A stretch of 64,000 bases of DNA from Gemmatimonadota bacterium (GCA_039589875.1 JBDHGL010000013.1:1032-65031); one strand, 5' to 3'. Shown: positions 47,915 to 58,102, counted from the first letter of the stretch. The notes: generated by a model not told the origin, from the letters alone. Numbers and translations: made by a program.

Positions 47915-49733
47915 GCGCCGCCGGCGTCGGTCGGTCGGGCAAGCTGCCTCCCTAGCCGCGGTCGGCCTCGCGGCCGCGGCCGCGCTGGCTTTCGAAGGCG
48001 GCGCCGGAGTCGCGGTTGGCGCCGCGCTGGCGCCCGAAGCTCGTTTCCCGGTCACCCGCGAGTGGGTAATCGAGAGCTTCGACGTCGAGGTACGGGTGCA
48101 GCGCAGTGGCCGAATCGATGTCACCGAGACGATCCAGCCCCGTTTCACCGGATCCTACCAGGGGATCTTCCGCACCATCCCAATCCGCTATCGAGACGCA
48201 AAGGGGTTCAACTACGCACTGCGGCTCGACGTTCACGAGGTGACGGACGGATCGGGGAACGCCTTGCGGTACGAGGTGAGTCGGGAGGGCCAGTTCAGGA
48301 AGATTACCATCTGGGTGCCCGGCGCCGCCGACGCGACCCGTACGGTGCAGATCCGATACAGCGTGGCAAACGGGCTGCGGTTCCCTGAGGGCGAGTCGGA
48401 GTTCGACACGTGGGACGAACTGTACTGGAACGTCACGGGTGACGAGTGGCCGGTGCCGATCGAGCGGGCGACGGCGGGGATCTTCCTCCCGGCTGAGGTG
48501 ACCGGCCTTCGGGCGCGAGCCTTCACGGGCGCCTACGGATCCACGGAATCGGCGGCTCGCGTCGATGTGCAGGACCGCTTCGTACGCATCGAGACAACGC
48601 GACCGCTCGCCTTCAAAGAGGGGCTCACCGTGGCCGTCGCGTGGGACGCCGGCGTGATCGATCGACCGGGTGCCGTTGCGAAGACGGGCGACTTTCTCAG
48701 AGCCAACTGGCCGCTCTTCGTACCGATCCTCGCCTTTCTACTGATGTGGCAGCTATGGAAGGCGCGCGGAAAGGACCCGGAAACGGGCACGATAGCCGCC
48801 CAATACGAGCCCCCCGACGAACTCTCGCCCGGCGAGATCGGAGTGCTCATCGACCACTCCCCCGACATGCGCGACGTGACAGCAACGATCGTGGATCTCG
48901 CCGTCCGGGGGTACCTGAGCATAGAGGAGAAGGAGACGAAGAAGCTTCTCGGCTTCATCTCGGACACGGACTACACGTTTCGCCTCGAGAAGGCGCGCAG
49001 CGACTGGCCGTGGGATGACCTGCAGGCGCACGAGACCGCGCTGCTCGATGCGTTGTTCGGATCTTCCGGCTCGGCCGTAGACCTCTCGGATCTCCAGAAC
49101 GAGTTCTATCGCGACCTTCCGGCGATCCGAGATGGCATGTTCAGGCGGCTTCTCAAACGACGGTACTACGAGCGCCGGCCTGACCGAGTGAAAGCCGCGT
49201 ACGTCGGCGCTGGCGTCGTCGTCACCGTGCTGATCCTGGTCGGCGGCAACATCCTCGCCGCCACTCTCGGAGAGTCGCCGCTGACCGTGATCTTCGCCGG
49301 AGTGCTGACCGGGGCGGTCATCGCCGGGTTCGGGCTGATCATGCCGGCCCGGACGGTGCGAGGCACTCGAGTCTTTGCACAGGCGCGCGGCTTCGAGGAG
49401 TTCTTGGAGCGGGTCGAAAGCGATCGCTTCAAGCGCATGATCACCGGTCCCGAGATGTTCGAGAAGTATCTCCCGTTCGCCATGGCCCTGGGGGTCGAAA
49501 GCAAGTGGGCAGCGGCGTTCGAGGATATCTACAAGGAACCCCCGAGCTGGTATCACGGCTCGAGCTTCCACTCGTTTCGCACCGGCGTCTTCGTGAACGA
49601 TCTCTCCCGCATGGCGACCCACACGTCGCAGACCATGGCTTCCAGGCCACGCAGCTCGGGCGGGTCGGGATTCAGTGGAGGTGGAGGCTTCTCCGGGGGC
49701 GGCTTTGGCGGTGGCGGGGGCGGCGCGTTCTAG
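47862..49733 (+). CDS. DUF2207 domain membrane protein with C-terminal Gly-rich tail
   Basis: Canonical LemA partner. Extracellular beta domain, TM helices and a GGSGFSGGGGFSGGGFGGGGGG tail. The exact start is uncertain and overlaps the lemA 3' end. Confidence 0.75.
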   Translation, partial: RMKANARLQRSISEPPARRRRRRSVGQAASLAAVGLAAAAALAFEGGAGVAVGAALAPEARFPVTREWVIESFDVEVRVQRSGRIDVTETIQPRFTGSYQGIFRTIPIRYRDAKGFNYALRLDVHEVTDGSGNALRYEVSREGQFRKITIWVPGAADATRTVQIRYSVANGLRFPEGESEFDTWDELYWNVTGDEWPVPIERATAGIFLPAEVTGLRARAFTGAYGSTESAARVDVQDRFVRIETTRPLAFKEGLTVAVAWDAGVIDRPGAVAKTGDFLRANWPLFVPILAFLLMWQLWKARGKDPETGTIAAQYEPPDELSPGEIGVLIDHSPDMRDVTATIVDLAVRGYLSIEEKETKKLLGFISDTDYTFRLEKARSDWPWDDLQAHETALLDALFGSSGSAVDLSDLQNEFYRDLPAIRDGMFRRLLKRRYYERRPDRVKAAYVGAGVVVTVLILVGGNILAATLGESPLTVIFAGVLTGAVIAGFGLIMPARTVRGTRVFAQARGFEEFLERVESDRFKRMITGPEMFEKYLPFAMALGVESKWAAAFEDIYKEPPSWYHGSSFHSFRTGVFVNDLSRMATHTSQTMASRPRSSGGSGFSGGGGFSGGGFGGGGGGAF

Positions 49734-49760
49734 CTCGCCGCCCGCAAAAGGAGATCTGGC

Positions 49761-50228
49761 ATGGCCGTACGAACAGGAGATATGGCGCCGGCGTTTCAGC
49801 TTCCCCAGGGACCCGGCGACGTTGTTGATCTCGGGGAGCACATCGGAAGTGAGAAGGTCGTACTCCTCTTCTTTCCGCTCGCGTTCAGCTCGGTGTGCAC
49901 GGCAGAGCTGTGCACGATCTCACAGGACTGGGGAGCCTGGGACGACCTGGGTGCCCGCGTCTTCGGAATCAGCGTGGACAGTCCTTTCGTCACGCAGCGC
50001 TTCCGGGAGGAGGAGGGGATCACGTTTCCCCTCCTCTCCGATTTCAACAAGCACGTGGCCGAGGAGTACGGCGTTCTGTACGAGAACCTCGTCGGGCTCG
50101 AGGGCGTGGCCAAGCGATCCGTGTTCGTGGTCGATGCGAGCGGAAGGGTCGTCTACGATTGGGTGTCGGAGGACTCCGGTGTGGAGCCGGATTACGACGA
50201 GATCAGGAGTGCTCTCGAGGCGGCTTGA
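49761..50228 (+). CDS. Peroxiredoxin (AhpC/TSA, Bcp/PrxQ-like)
   Basis: Peroxidatic Cys motif FSSVCTAELC and PFVTQRF motif. 155 aa. Confidence 0.9.
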   Translation: MAVRTGDMAPAFQLPQGPGDVVDLGEHIGSEKVVLLFFPLAFSSVCTAELCTISQDWGAWDDLGARVFGISVDSPFVTQRFREEEGITFPLLSDFNKHVAEEYGVLYENLVGLEGVAKRSVFVVDASGRVVYDWVSEDSGVEPDYDEIRSALEAA

Positions 50229-50251
50229 TCCGCTCGGCGGGCGGTCTCGAG

Positions 50252-50267
50252 CGTACGCGCGCGTACG
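50252..50267. repeat. Perfect 16-nt palindrome CGTACGCGCGCGTACG in an intergenic leader
   Basis: Self-complementary 16-mer 20 to 40 nt downstream of the peroxiredoxin stop, in the 243-bp region upstream of the GGDEF gene. Confidence 0.5.
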
Positions 50268-50470
50268 GAACCCTTCTTGCGCAGCTGATCGGGGAAATCG
50301 AACCCGATCAGGGGAGGACGTTGGTACCGTCGCCTACTAAGACGGCGCCTGTCTCAACCCTTCTAAGTTCGTTTCAATAAGCGTGTTAGAGACTACGCCG
50401 ACGCACGGTCTCGATAACCGGACCGGGCCGTCGGATCGGACGGAAGGGCCTTCGGACGGCGGCGGTACGA

Positions 50471-51991
50471 ATGAGCGAACTCGCCTCGCTAGCGGCAGTT
50501 TACGAGGCAACCCGCGAGATCGGCCTGAGCGACAACCTGGACCTTCTGCTCGAGAAGGTGCTCGCTCGCGCTCAGGATCTCATCGGATTCGATCACTGCG
50601 CTTTGATGCTGTACGACGCCGAGAGTCGCACCCTCTCCGTAAAGTCGGTTCGAGGCTACGGTGACCGGGCGGCCGATGTTCTGAGACTCTCGCTTCCTGA
50701 AGGTCGCGGGATCTCCAGCTGGGCCGCCGCACACCGACAGGCGGTGCGGGTGAGCGATGTGTCGGACGACCCGCGCTACGTAGTCGGACTCCAGGAGGCT
50801 CACTCCAACATGGCCGTCCCCCTCGTTGTGGGTAACGAGGTGGCGGGCGTTATCAACGTGGAGTCGGACCGGAAGGCCGCTTTCACGGAGGAGCATGAAA
50901 AGCTCCTTACGGTTCTCGGGGCGCAGGCGGCGCTTGCTATCGTCGCCTCCCGGGCCCGTGAGCGACTTCGCTCCAGGATCAACCAGCTTGATGCGCTCTA
51001 TCGCATCAGCCAGCTGGCCAGCGATGGACGGGACATCCACTCAACGCTGGAAGCGATACTGGAGGTCGCTCAGGACGCCATCCCGTGCGGGCAGTGCGCG
51101 ATGCTGTTGGTGGACGACGATGAGCGCGTCCTTCGGGTCCGGGCAGCCAACGGATACGCCGAGGGCGTCGAAGAGCTCACCATCCCGCTTCGGGAAGGCA
51201 TCACCGGGCGCTGCGCGGCATCCGGGCAGACCATCGTCGTCAACGATCTTGACGCCGACGAAGACTACATCCCGGGCGTCGCCGGCGCGCGCAGCGAGAT
51301 CGCTGTCCCTTTAATAGTCGAAGGACGGGTGATCGGAGTGTTGAATGCCGAATCCACGCGTCTCGATGCGTACCGGGAAGAGCACGCGCACACGCTCTCG
51401 GTCGTGGCGCAGCAGGCCGCCGTTGTACTGCGTTCGGCCAGGCTTCAGGAGGAGACGCGACGTCTCGCGGTAACCGATCCACTCACCGGCCTTCACAATC
51501 GTCGGTACTTCGTGGAGCGCCTCGGCGAGCACATGGCCCGGGCCGAAAGATACGGCGAGAAGCTCGGCATGCTCCTGCTGGACAGCGATCACCTCAAGTT
51601 GATCAACGACCGCCACGGTCATCACACCGGTGACGTCGTTCTCCAGAGGATCGCCGCCGCGTTCCGTAAAACCCTGCGCGATTCGGATGAAGTGTCGCGC
51701 ATCGGCGGCGACGAATTCGCCGCCCTTCTGCTTCAGGCGGACGAGTCCCTGGCGCTCGGGATCGCTCGGCGGCTGAAGGAGGAGTTGCACGAGGCCGCTC
51801 TGCCCTCCGAGAGCGGCGAGTTGATCGCGATCAGCTGTTCCGTCGGCATCGCCCTGTACCCGGACGATGCCGTGGATGCCAAGGCCCTCCTCCGGGCTGC
51901 GGACCTCGCCCTTTACAACGCGAAGGGACGTGGACGGAACCAGATCTCGGTAGCGAGACAGCGCCTACAGCTCGCGGTTCACGGCCCCTAG
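50471..51991 (+). CDS. GAF-GAF-GGDEF diguanylate cyclase
   Basis: Two GAF domains, then a GGDEF domain with RIGGDEF A-site and RxxD I-site-like motif. Confidence 0.9.
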   Translation: MSELASLAAVYEATREIGLSDNLDLLLEKVLARAQDLIGFDHCALMLYDAESRTLSVKSVRGYGDRAADVLRLSLPEGRGISSWAAAHRQAVRVSDVSDDPRYVVGLQEAHSNMAVPLVVGNEVAGVINVESDRKAAFTEEHEKLLTVLGAQAALAIVASRARERLRSRINQLDALYRISQLASDGRDIHSTLEAILEVAQDAIPCGQCAMLLVDDDERVLRVRAANGYAEGVEELTIPLREGITGRCAASGQTIVVNDLDADEDYIPGVAGARSEIAVPLIVEGRVIGVLNAESTRLDAYREEHAHTLSVVAQQAAVVLRSARLQEETRRLAVTDPLTGLHNRRYFVERLGEHMARAERYGEKLGMLLLDSDHLKLINDRHGHHTGDVVLQRIAAAFRKTLRDSDEVSRIGGDEFAALLLQADESLALGIARRLKEELHEAALPSESGELIAISCSVGIALYPDDAVDAKALLRAADLALYNAKGRGRNQISVARQRLQLAVHGP

Positions 51992-52067
51992 CCGGTCCTC
52001 GGCCTTGCGGCCGGAGTCCTTACGGGCACACCCTCCGGCACGAAGTGCACTCGGAACGGAGGAGTCG

Positions 52068-52397
52068 ATGTCCAGCGATCTGGCGAGTAAGACATGCGTG
52101 CCGTGCAGGGGAGGAGTGCCGCCGCTCCAGGGCGAGGAGCTGACGGCGCTCGAGGGGAGGCTCGGTAACGACTGGCACGTCATCGATGACCACCACCTCG
52201 ACAAGACGTACCCATTCGACGATTTCCTGGCGGCACTCGCCTTCACGAACCGAGTCGGTGCGCTCGCCGAGGAACAGGGTCACCACCCCGACATCCACCT
52301 GAGCTGGGGACGCGTGCGGGTCGAGATCTGGACGCACAAGATCGACGGCCTGACCGAAAGCGACTTCATCCTGGCCGCCAAGATCGACGAGATCTAG
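52068..52397 (+). CDS. Pterin-4a-carbinolamine dehydratase (PCD/DCoH)
   Basis: About 109 aa from ATG 52068. Conserved EEQGHHPDI motif. Confidence 0.85.
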   Translation: MSSDLASKTCVPCRGGVPPLQGEELTALEGRLGNDWHVIDDHHLDKTYPFDDFLAALAFTNRVGALAEEQGHHPDIHLSWGRVRVEIWTHKIDGLTESDFILAAKIDEI

Positions 52398-52407
52398 GGG
52401 GCGGCGG

Positions 52408-53460
52408 CTGCGCATCGCCTTCCTGAACTCCTGGCCCCTGGAGCCGCACGTCGGTAGCGGCTCCGCCGCCGGCATCCGGGGCCTTGCCGAGGCGCTCGAG
52501 AAGCTGGGGCACACCGTTCAGCTGGTCGGAGCCCGATCTCCTCGCCGAGCAAGTACGGGTCGACGACTCGCCTACAACATCCGCCTGGCCCGGCAGGCAC
52601 CGTTCGGTCCGGGGGAGATCGACCTGATCGTCGGGTTCGACCTCGACGGGTTCGCGCTTCGCGAGACGATGCCGCGCTATGTCGTTTCCTTGAAGGGCAT
52701 CATGGCCGATGAGCGGCGCTTCGAGAGCGGTTGGCCCCGGTTGCGATTCAGCCTTCTATCACGCCTCGAGGCCGCAAACGCCGGCCGAGCGGACATCGTG
52801 ACGGTAACGAGCCAGCATAGCCGGCGGATCGCCCTGGCGGCGTATGGCCTGGATCCGGACCGGATGCGCGTCGTGCCGGAGGGGATCGACTTGACCGGCT
52901 GGGGTTCGGCCGAGCGCCCCCGCGAGGGGTCGGTCATCCTCAGCGTGGCCCGGCAGTATCGAAGAAAGAACACGATCGCTCTCGTCCGGGCCATGGCGCA
53001 GGTTCGGGAGTCCATGCCGCTGGCCCGACTTCGCGTCGTCGGGGGTGGCCCGGAGCTCGACCGGTTGCGCCGGGAGCGACGCTCTCTCGGCTTGGAGGGG
53101 ACGATCGAGCTGCTGGGAGAGATGCCGGGATCGCAGGCCCTGCGAGAGGAGTACCGGAGGGCGGACATCTTCTGTCTCCCCTCCCTGCAGGAGGGCTTCG
53201 GCATCGTGTACCTGGAGGCCATGGCCAGTGGCCTGCCGATCGTTGCACTCGACGCCGCCGCCGTCCCCGAGATCGTGCTCGAAGACCGGGTCGGCATGCT
53301 CGTGCCGCCCGACAAGCCCGGAGCTTTGGCGGAGACCCTCATCCGCCTCCTCCAGGACCGCGATCTCAGACTCCGCATGGGAACGGCCGGCAAGGAAAGA
53401 GCAGCGCTCTACGACTGGCCGAATGTGGCCCGGCGCTTCCTCGACGCCGTGGCCGAGTAA
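52408..53460 (+). CDS. GT4 family glycosyltransferase; apparent CTG initiation
   Basis: The reading frame is open from before 52402. It encodes (L/M)RIAFLNSWPLEPHVGSGSAAGIRGLAEALEKLGHTVQLV (GT4 N-domain), then a glycos_transf_1 C-domain with the EGFGIVYLEAMASGLPIV motif. The first canonical start in frame is only at 52669, inside the fold. Confidence 0.6.
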   Translation: MRIAFLNSWPLEPHVGSGSAAGIRGLAEALEKLGHTVQLVGARSPRRASTGRRLAYNIRLARQAPFGPGEIDLIVGFDLDGFALRETMPRYVVSLKGIMADERRFESGWPRLRFSLLSRLEAANAGRADIVTVTSQHSRRIALAAYGLDPDRMRVVPEGIDLTGWGSAERPREGSVILSVARQYRRKNTIALVRAMAQVRESMPLARLRVVGGGPELDRLRRERRSLGLEGTIELLGEMPGSQALREEYRRADIFCLPSLQEGFGIVYLEAMASGLPIVALDAAAVPEIVLEDRVGMLVPPDKPGALAETLIRLLQDRDLRLRMGTAGKERAALYDWPNVARRFLDAVAE

Positions 53461-53583
53461 GCTCGGAGCCGACTTTCTCTCTGGGCAGGCCAGCTTTAGC
53501 TTTGACCCGGCCCTTGAGGTCTAGCGACCTGACAGCTCTAGCAGCCTACAGCGGCTCTAGACAGCTCGCCGGAGGGTATCTGG

Positions 53584-55506
53584 ATGGGCGACAAGGACGT
53601 CCTCGCGATCGACACTGATCGACGGCGCGTGTTCACGAAGCACCTGCTTCGTGACATGCAGGCGCTCGAGGAAATCCTGAACTCCGGCGCGATCGAGGCC
53701 GACGTCAGGCGCATCGGCGTGGAGCAGGAGATGTTCCTCGTCGACGAGGATTGGCAGCCCGCCCCGACGGCCATCGAGGTCCTGAAGAGAATCGACGACC
53801 CAAGGGTCACTCACGAGCTGGCTCTGTTCAACCTGGAAGCCAACCTCGATCCTCTTCCGTTCGGTGGAGACTGTCTCAGCCGTCTCGAAGAGGGCCTCCG
53901 CGAGATCCTAGAGCTGGTTCGCAAGGCGGCTCTGGAGGTCGGATCGGACGTGGTCCTTACGGGGATCCTGCCCACCCTGCAGAAATCCCATCTCGGACTC
54001 GACAACATGACGCCCGAGAAGCGGTATTTCGCCCTTAACGACGCTCTCAATCAACTGCGCGGAGGGCCGTACAGCTTCTATCTGAAGGGCGTGGACGAGC
54101 TGCTCGTCGAGCATGACAACGTGATGCTCGAGTCGGCCAACACGAGCTTCCAAGTCCACTTTCAGGTCGGAGCCGAAGAGTTCGCCCGTTTATACAACAT
54201 CGCCATGGTGGCGGCCGCTCCCGTGCTGGCGGTCGGAGTGGGATCTCCCCTCCTCTTCGGCAAGCGGCTCTGGCGGGAGACGAGGATCGCGCTCTTCCAG
54301 CAGGCGATCGACACCCGCAGCGCCCGCGCGGACATGCGGGACATCAGGCCACGCGTGCATTTCGGTACTCGATGGGTCGACGACTCCGTCCTCGAGATCT
54401 ACCGTGACGACCTGGCTCGTTTTCGCGTCATACTCAGCCGTGACATCGAGGAGGATCCGATCGAGGAGCTTCGGGAAGGGCGGGTCCCCCGGCTGCATGC
54501 GCTGCAGCTCCACAACAGCACGATCTGGCGCTGGAACCGCCCGTGCTACGGGATCAGCGACGGCAAGCCGCATCTACGGATCGAGAACCGAGTGCTCGGC
54601 TCGGGCCCGACGATTCGGGACGAGGTCGCCAACGCGGCCTTCTGGTTCGGGCTGGTCAGCGCCCTCGCCCACGAGGAACGCGATGTCCGGCAAGGCATGG
54701 AGTTCGACGACGCGCACGCCAACTTCGTCGCGGCGGCACGTCTGGGACTCGACTCCCACCTGCACTGGCTGGGCATGCGCGAAACGAGGAGCGCCCGCCG
54801 CTTGATCACGGAGACGCTGCTTCCCTTGGCTCGTGAAGGACTCGAGGTGGGAGAGCTGGACCAGGATGATATCGATCATTACCTCGGCATCATCCGGGAG
54901 CGCGTCGAATCCAAGCAGACGACTGCCGTCTGGCTGCTTCGCTCGCTGGCCCGCATGAAGGAGCGCGGAAGCCTGATCGAACGGCTAACCGCGCTTACGG
55001 CCGCCCTCGCTGAACGGCAGATCACGGGCGAACCCGTACATCACTGGTCTCTGGCCGAGTTCGAGGAGGCCGGGGACTGGACTCCCAGCTACCGCCGCAT
55101 CGAGCAGTACATGACGACCGATCTGATCACCGTCGGCCAGGATGAATCGATCGACCTGGTTGCCCGGCTCATGGACTGGCACCACATCCACCACATCCCG
55201 GTCGAGGACGAGCAGCACAAGCTGCTCGGCCTGATGTCGCACCGCTCGTTGCTTCGCTTTCTCGCCGCGAGCGTGGGCCGGCCCGAGAGACCTCCGACGC
55301 CGGTCAGCCAGATCATGCAGCGCGACCTGATCACGGTTGCTCCGGATACCGCGACTCTAGAGGCGATCGAGCTGATGAAAACGAACCGTATCGGTTGTCT
55401 CCCGGTGACCGTGGACGGACGACTGGTCGGCGTAGTCACCGAGCACGACTTCCTTCGGGTCGCGAGCGTCCTGCTGGAGCAACGCCTGCGGGAGCAAGGC
55501 GATTAG
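53584..55506 (+). CDS. Glutamate-cysteine ligase family 2 (GCS2/YbdK-like carboxylate-amine ligase) fused to a C-terminal CBS domain pair
   Basis: N-terminal about 400 aa with GCS2 features (IGVEQEMFLVD…). C-terminal two CBS motifs (…TDLITVGQDESIDLVARLM…HHIPV… and …RDLITVAPDTATLEAIELMKTNRIGCLPV…). Confidence 0.8.
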   Translation: MGDKDVLAIDTDRRRVFTKHLLRDMQALEEILNSGAIEADVRRIGVEQEMFLVDEDWQPAPTAIEVLKRIDDPRVTHELALFNLEANLDPLPFGGDCLSRLEEGLREILELVRKAALEVGSDVVLTGILPTLQKSHLGLDNMTPEKRYFALNDALNQLRGGPYSFYLKGVDELLVEHDNVMLESANTSFQVHFQVGAEEFARLYNIAMVAAAPVLAVGVGSPLLFGKRLWRETRIALFQQAIDTRSARADMRDIRPRVHFGTRWVDDSVLEIYRDDLARFRVILSRDIEEDPIEELREGRVPRLHALQLHNSTIWRWNRPCYGISDGKPHLRIENRVLGSGPTIRDEVANAAFWFGLVSALAHEERDVRQGMEFDDAHANFVAAARLGLDSHLHWLGMRETRSARRLITETLLPLAREGLEVGELDQDDIDHYLGIIRERVESKQTTAVWLLRSLARMKERGSLIERLTALTAALAERQITGEPVHHWSLAEFEEAGDWTPSYRRIEQYMTTDLITVGQDESIDLVARLMDWHHIHHIPVEDEQHKLLGLMSHRSLLRFLAASVGRPERPPTPVSQIMQRDLITVAPDTATLEAIELMKTNRIGCLPVTVDGRLVGVVTEHDFLRVASVLLEQRLREQGD

Positions 55507-55509
55507 CCG

Positions 55510-57099
55510 CTAGCTTCGGCGCTGCCGGATGCGAGGCAGCACCGCCCCAAAAGCAGCCGCCAGGGCGGCCAGCCAACCCACCAGATCGCCGGTCCGGGTA
55601 AACAGGGTGAGCCCATCGGTCGTGAGCACATCGGCGGTGAAGATCGTACGCTCGAACAGCTTCGTCTCGTTGTGGACGCGGCCGAGCGGATCCACGGTTT
55701 GGGATATGCCGGTGTTGGCCGCTCTCGCGATCCCCACACGGTTCTCGATTGCGCGAAGAACTAGATGGGACGGGTGCTGCCAGAGGGCTCCGCTCTGGCT
55801 CCACCATTCGTCTTCTCGGCCGAACCAGGCGTCGTTCGTGATATTCACCACGAAATCCGCTCCCTGGAGACGGTACCGGCGGCTCAGCCCGGCGAAGATC
55901 GATTCGTAGCAGACGAGCACCCCGAAACGGAGATCACCTGACTCGAGCGGCGTCAGGTTCCGGCCCACGGCAAATCCTCCGAAGTACTCGGCCCACTTGA
56001 ACCACTCCGGATTCAGGAACGGGACGCGCTCGACGAACGGGACGAGATGGTGCTTATCGTAGCGCCCGACCGGTCGTCCGAAAGCATCGATCAGAAACGC
56101 CGAGTTGAAGTACTTCCATTCCTCGTGACTGAGGTTCTGGATGCCGATCGCCCCATAGACGACGGAAGCGCCCGTCCCGAAAGCCAGTCCTCCCATCCAG
56201 TGGCGCAGATCCTGTCTCCCCCTGAACTGCGTGGCCAGAATCGGTTCGATCGGCTGCGGGATGACGGTCTCCGGCAGGATCAACAAATCGGTCTGCGTCT
56301 CGCGATCCCAGTCGGACAGCAGCTCCGCCACCGCTTGCCGGGCGCTGTCGACCGCGGCCTCCGAGTTCAGCTTGATGCTCTCGGGCACGTTCGGCTGAAT
56401 CGCGGTCACCGTCGCCGCGGGTCTCATCTCGAGACTCTCCCAACGCCAGAGGGAATAGCCGACCGGCACGGCAAAAGCGGCCAGCCAGCCACCGAAGGCG
56501 AGCCAGGCGTCGCGTCGCCGACCGGCGAGCCAGGCGAGAGCCCCTGCGGCCAGCAGGGCGTTCAGCAGGACGAGCCAGAAGCTGATCCCGCGCGCCCCGA
56601 TGAGATCGGCAGCCCCGATGAGCCGCGGAAAGCCGGTCAACGAGTACCCGAGCTCCTGCCAGGGAAAGGCGATCGGCCCGAGGTGGGCTCTAAACCATTC
56701 CGCGGCGGTCCAGAACACCGGGAGGCCGATCCAGATGGGCCATCCCAACCGGTGCCGAACGTGATGGACGCCGGTCGCCGCAACTCCCAGAAACAGGCAC
56801 ATCGACCCCATGGTGAATATGAAAGCGAGGATCGCCAACAGGGAGTAGGAGATGAGGGCGGTCGCCAGCCAGTAGAGCAGCAGGGTGTAGTAGATGACGC
56901 CAAGCCAGAAGCCGCCGCGAAAGGCGGATCGCCGGCCCTCTTCACCCTCCGGGAGCCGGGCGAGCCACGCGCAGAACGGCACCAGACCGATGAACGACGG
57001 GAGGAGGTAATGGAACGGCGGATGGGCCAAGCCGAGAAGCAGGCCGGCTGCAGCGATCCACCCCGAGCTCGGCGGAGGAGCCGGGAAGCGGATGCGCAC
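55510..57099 (-). CDS. lnt: Apolipoprotein N-acyltransferase
   Basis: GTG start 57097..57099 overlapping the upstream stop. N-terminal polytopic membrane domain plus C-terminal CN-hydrolase domain. Confidence 0.85.
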   Translation of the reverse strand: MRIRFPAPPPSSGWIAAAGLLLGLAHPPFHYLLPSFIGLVPFCAWLARLPEGEEGRRSAFRGGFWLGVIYYTLLLYWLATALISYSLLAILAFIFTMGSMCLFLGVAATGVHHVRHRLGWPIWIGLPVFWTAAEWFRAHLGPIAFPWQELGYSLTGFPRLIGAADLIGARGISFWLVLLNALLAAGALAWLAGRRRDAWLAFGGWLAAFAVPVGYSLWRWESLEMRPAATVTAIQPNVPESIKLNSEAAVDSARQAVAELLSDWDRETQTDLLILPETVIPQPIEPILATQFRGRQDLRHWMGGLAFGTGASVVYGAIGIQNLSHEEWKYFNSAFLIDAFGRPVGRYDKHHLVPFVERVPFLNPEWFKWAEYFGGFAVGRNLTPLESGDLRFGVLVCYESIFAGLSRRYRLQGADFVVNITNDAWFGREDEWWSQSGALWQHPSHLVLRAIENRVGIARAANTGISQTVDPLGRVHNETKLFERTIFTADVLTTDGLTLFTRTGDLVGWLAALAAAFGAVLPRIRQRRS

Positions 57100-58102
57100 T
57101 AAACCGTGACCTCGCACCCTTCTTGGGCGGACCGGTAACAGGCCTCGACCACGCGCATCAGTCGGATTTGCTCGGAGGGGTAGTCCAACGGCTTGTCGCC
57201 GCGCACTAAGCGGAGGAACTCGGTCCACTCCCTACGATAGGCGGCAGTGTACATGCCGGACTCATCAACGTCGAGCGGCGGCGTCACGTCCGTCAGTCCC
57301 GTCTCCATTTCCTTGCGCACCCGGAAAGGCGACACGCCGGCGGACCCCAGGGTTCCGAGAAGCCGAATCGCATGTCGATCCCTCTCTGCCCGCAGCTCCC
57401 AACTGACTTCCAGTTGCAGCGCCGAGCCGCCCTCCAAGGCGAGGAACGCGGCCGCCGAGTCTTCCACGCCTCCCGCCGGGTGTGTCCTTGCGCTCACCCG
57501 CTGAACATCCGGGTAGCCGAGCAGCCACAGCGCCGCGTCCAGGGCCTGAACCCCGAGGTCCATCAAAACGCCCCCGCCCGAGTGCTCGGGATCGCGTCTC
57601 CATCCGCGCCGAGGTCGTCGTTCGCTCCGTGTGAGCCAGACCGAGCGAACCAGGAACACCTCTCCGAGCTCACCACTCGCAACGAACTGCTGAATCGCCC
57701 GCACATCGAGGCGATAACGCTGGTTCATCGCGACCATCAACTGCCGGTCCGCCGCCTCGGCTGCCTCGATCAGCTTGGCCACTTCGTCGCTCGAAGGGGC
57801 CAACGGCCTCTCGCACAGAACGTGGCACCCTTGTTCAAGCGCTTCCGTGACGAGCTCCGCATGCGAATCGGTCGGCGTGCTGACCAGGACCGCGTCCACG
57901 GCATCAGGTAACTCGGCAAGCGTCCGAGAGACGACCGGGACCTGGAAGCGATCCGCGATCGTCCGGGCCTTCTCCAGGTGCGTATCGACCAGCGCAACCA
58001 CTTCCACGTCCGGCAGGCGCTTTAGAATCGGCAGATGCACAACCTGGGCGATGCCGCCCGCACCGACCACTCCGACTCGAACGTCCCGTTCTACATGGCT
58101 CA
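57099..58102 (-). CDS. Gfo/Idh/MocA family NAD(P)-dependent oxidoreductase
   Basis: ATG 58100..58102 (MSHVERDVRVGVVGAGGIAQ…) gives the Rossmann GxGxxA, and the C-terminal GFO_IDH_MocA_C domain follows. Confidence 0.85.

Noticed and set aside
48753-49841. 362-aa minus-strand ORF overlapping DUF2207
   Set aside because: Antisense to the DUF2207 gene, with no domain signature.
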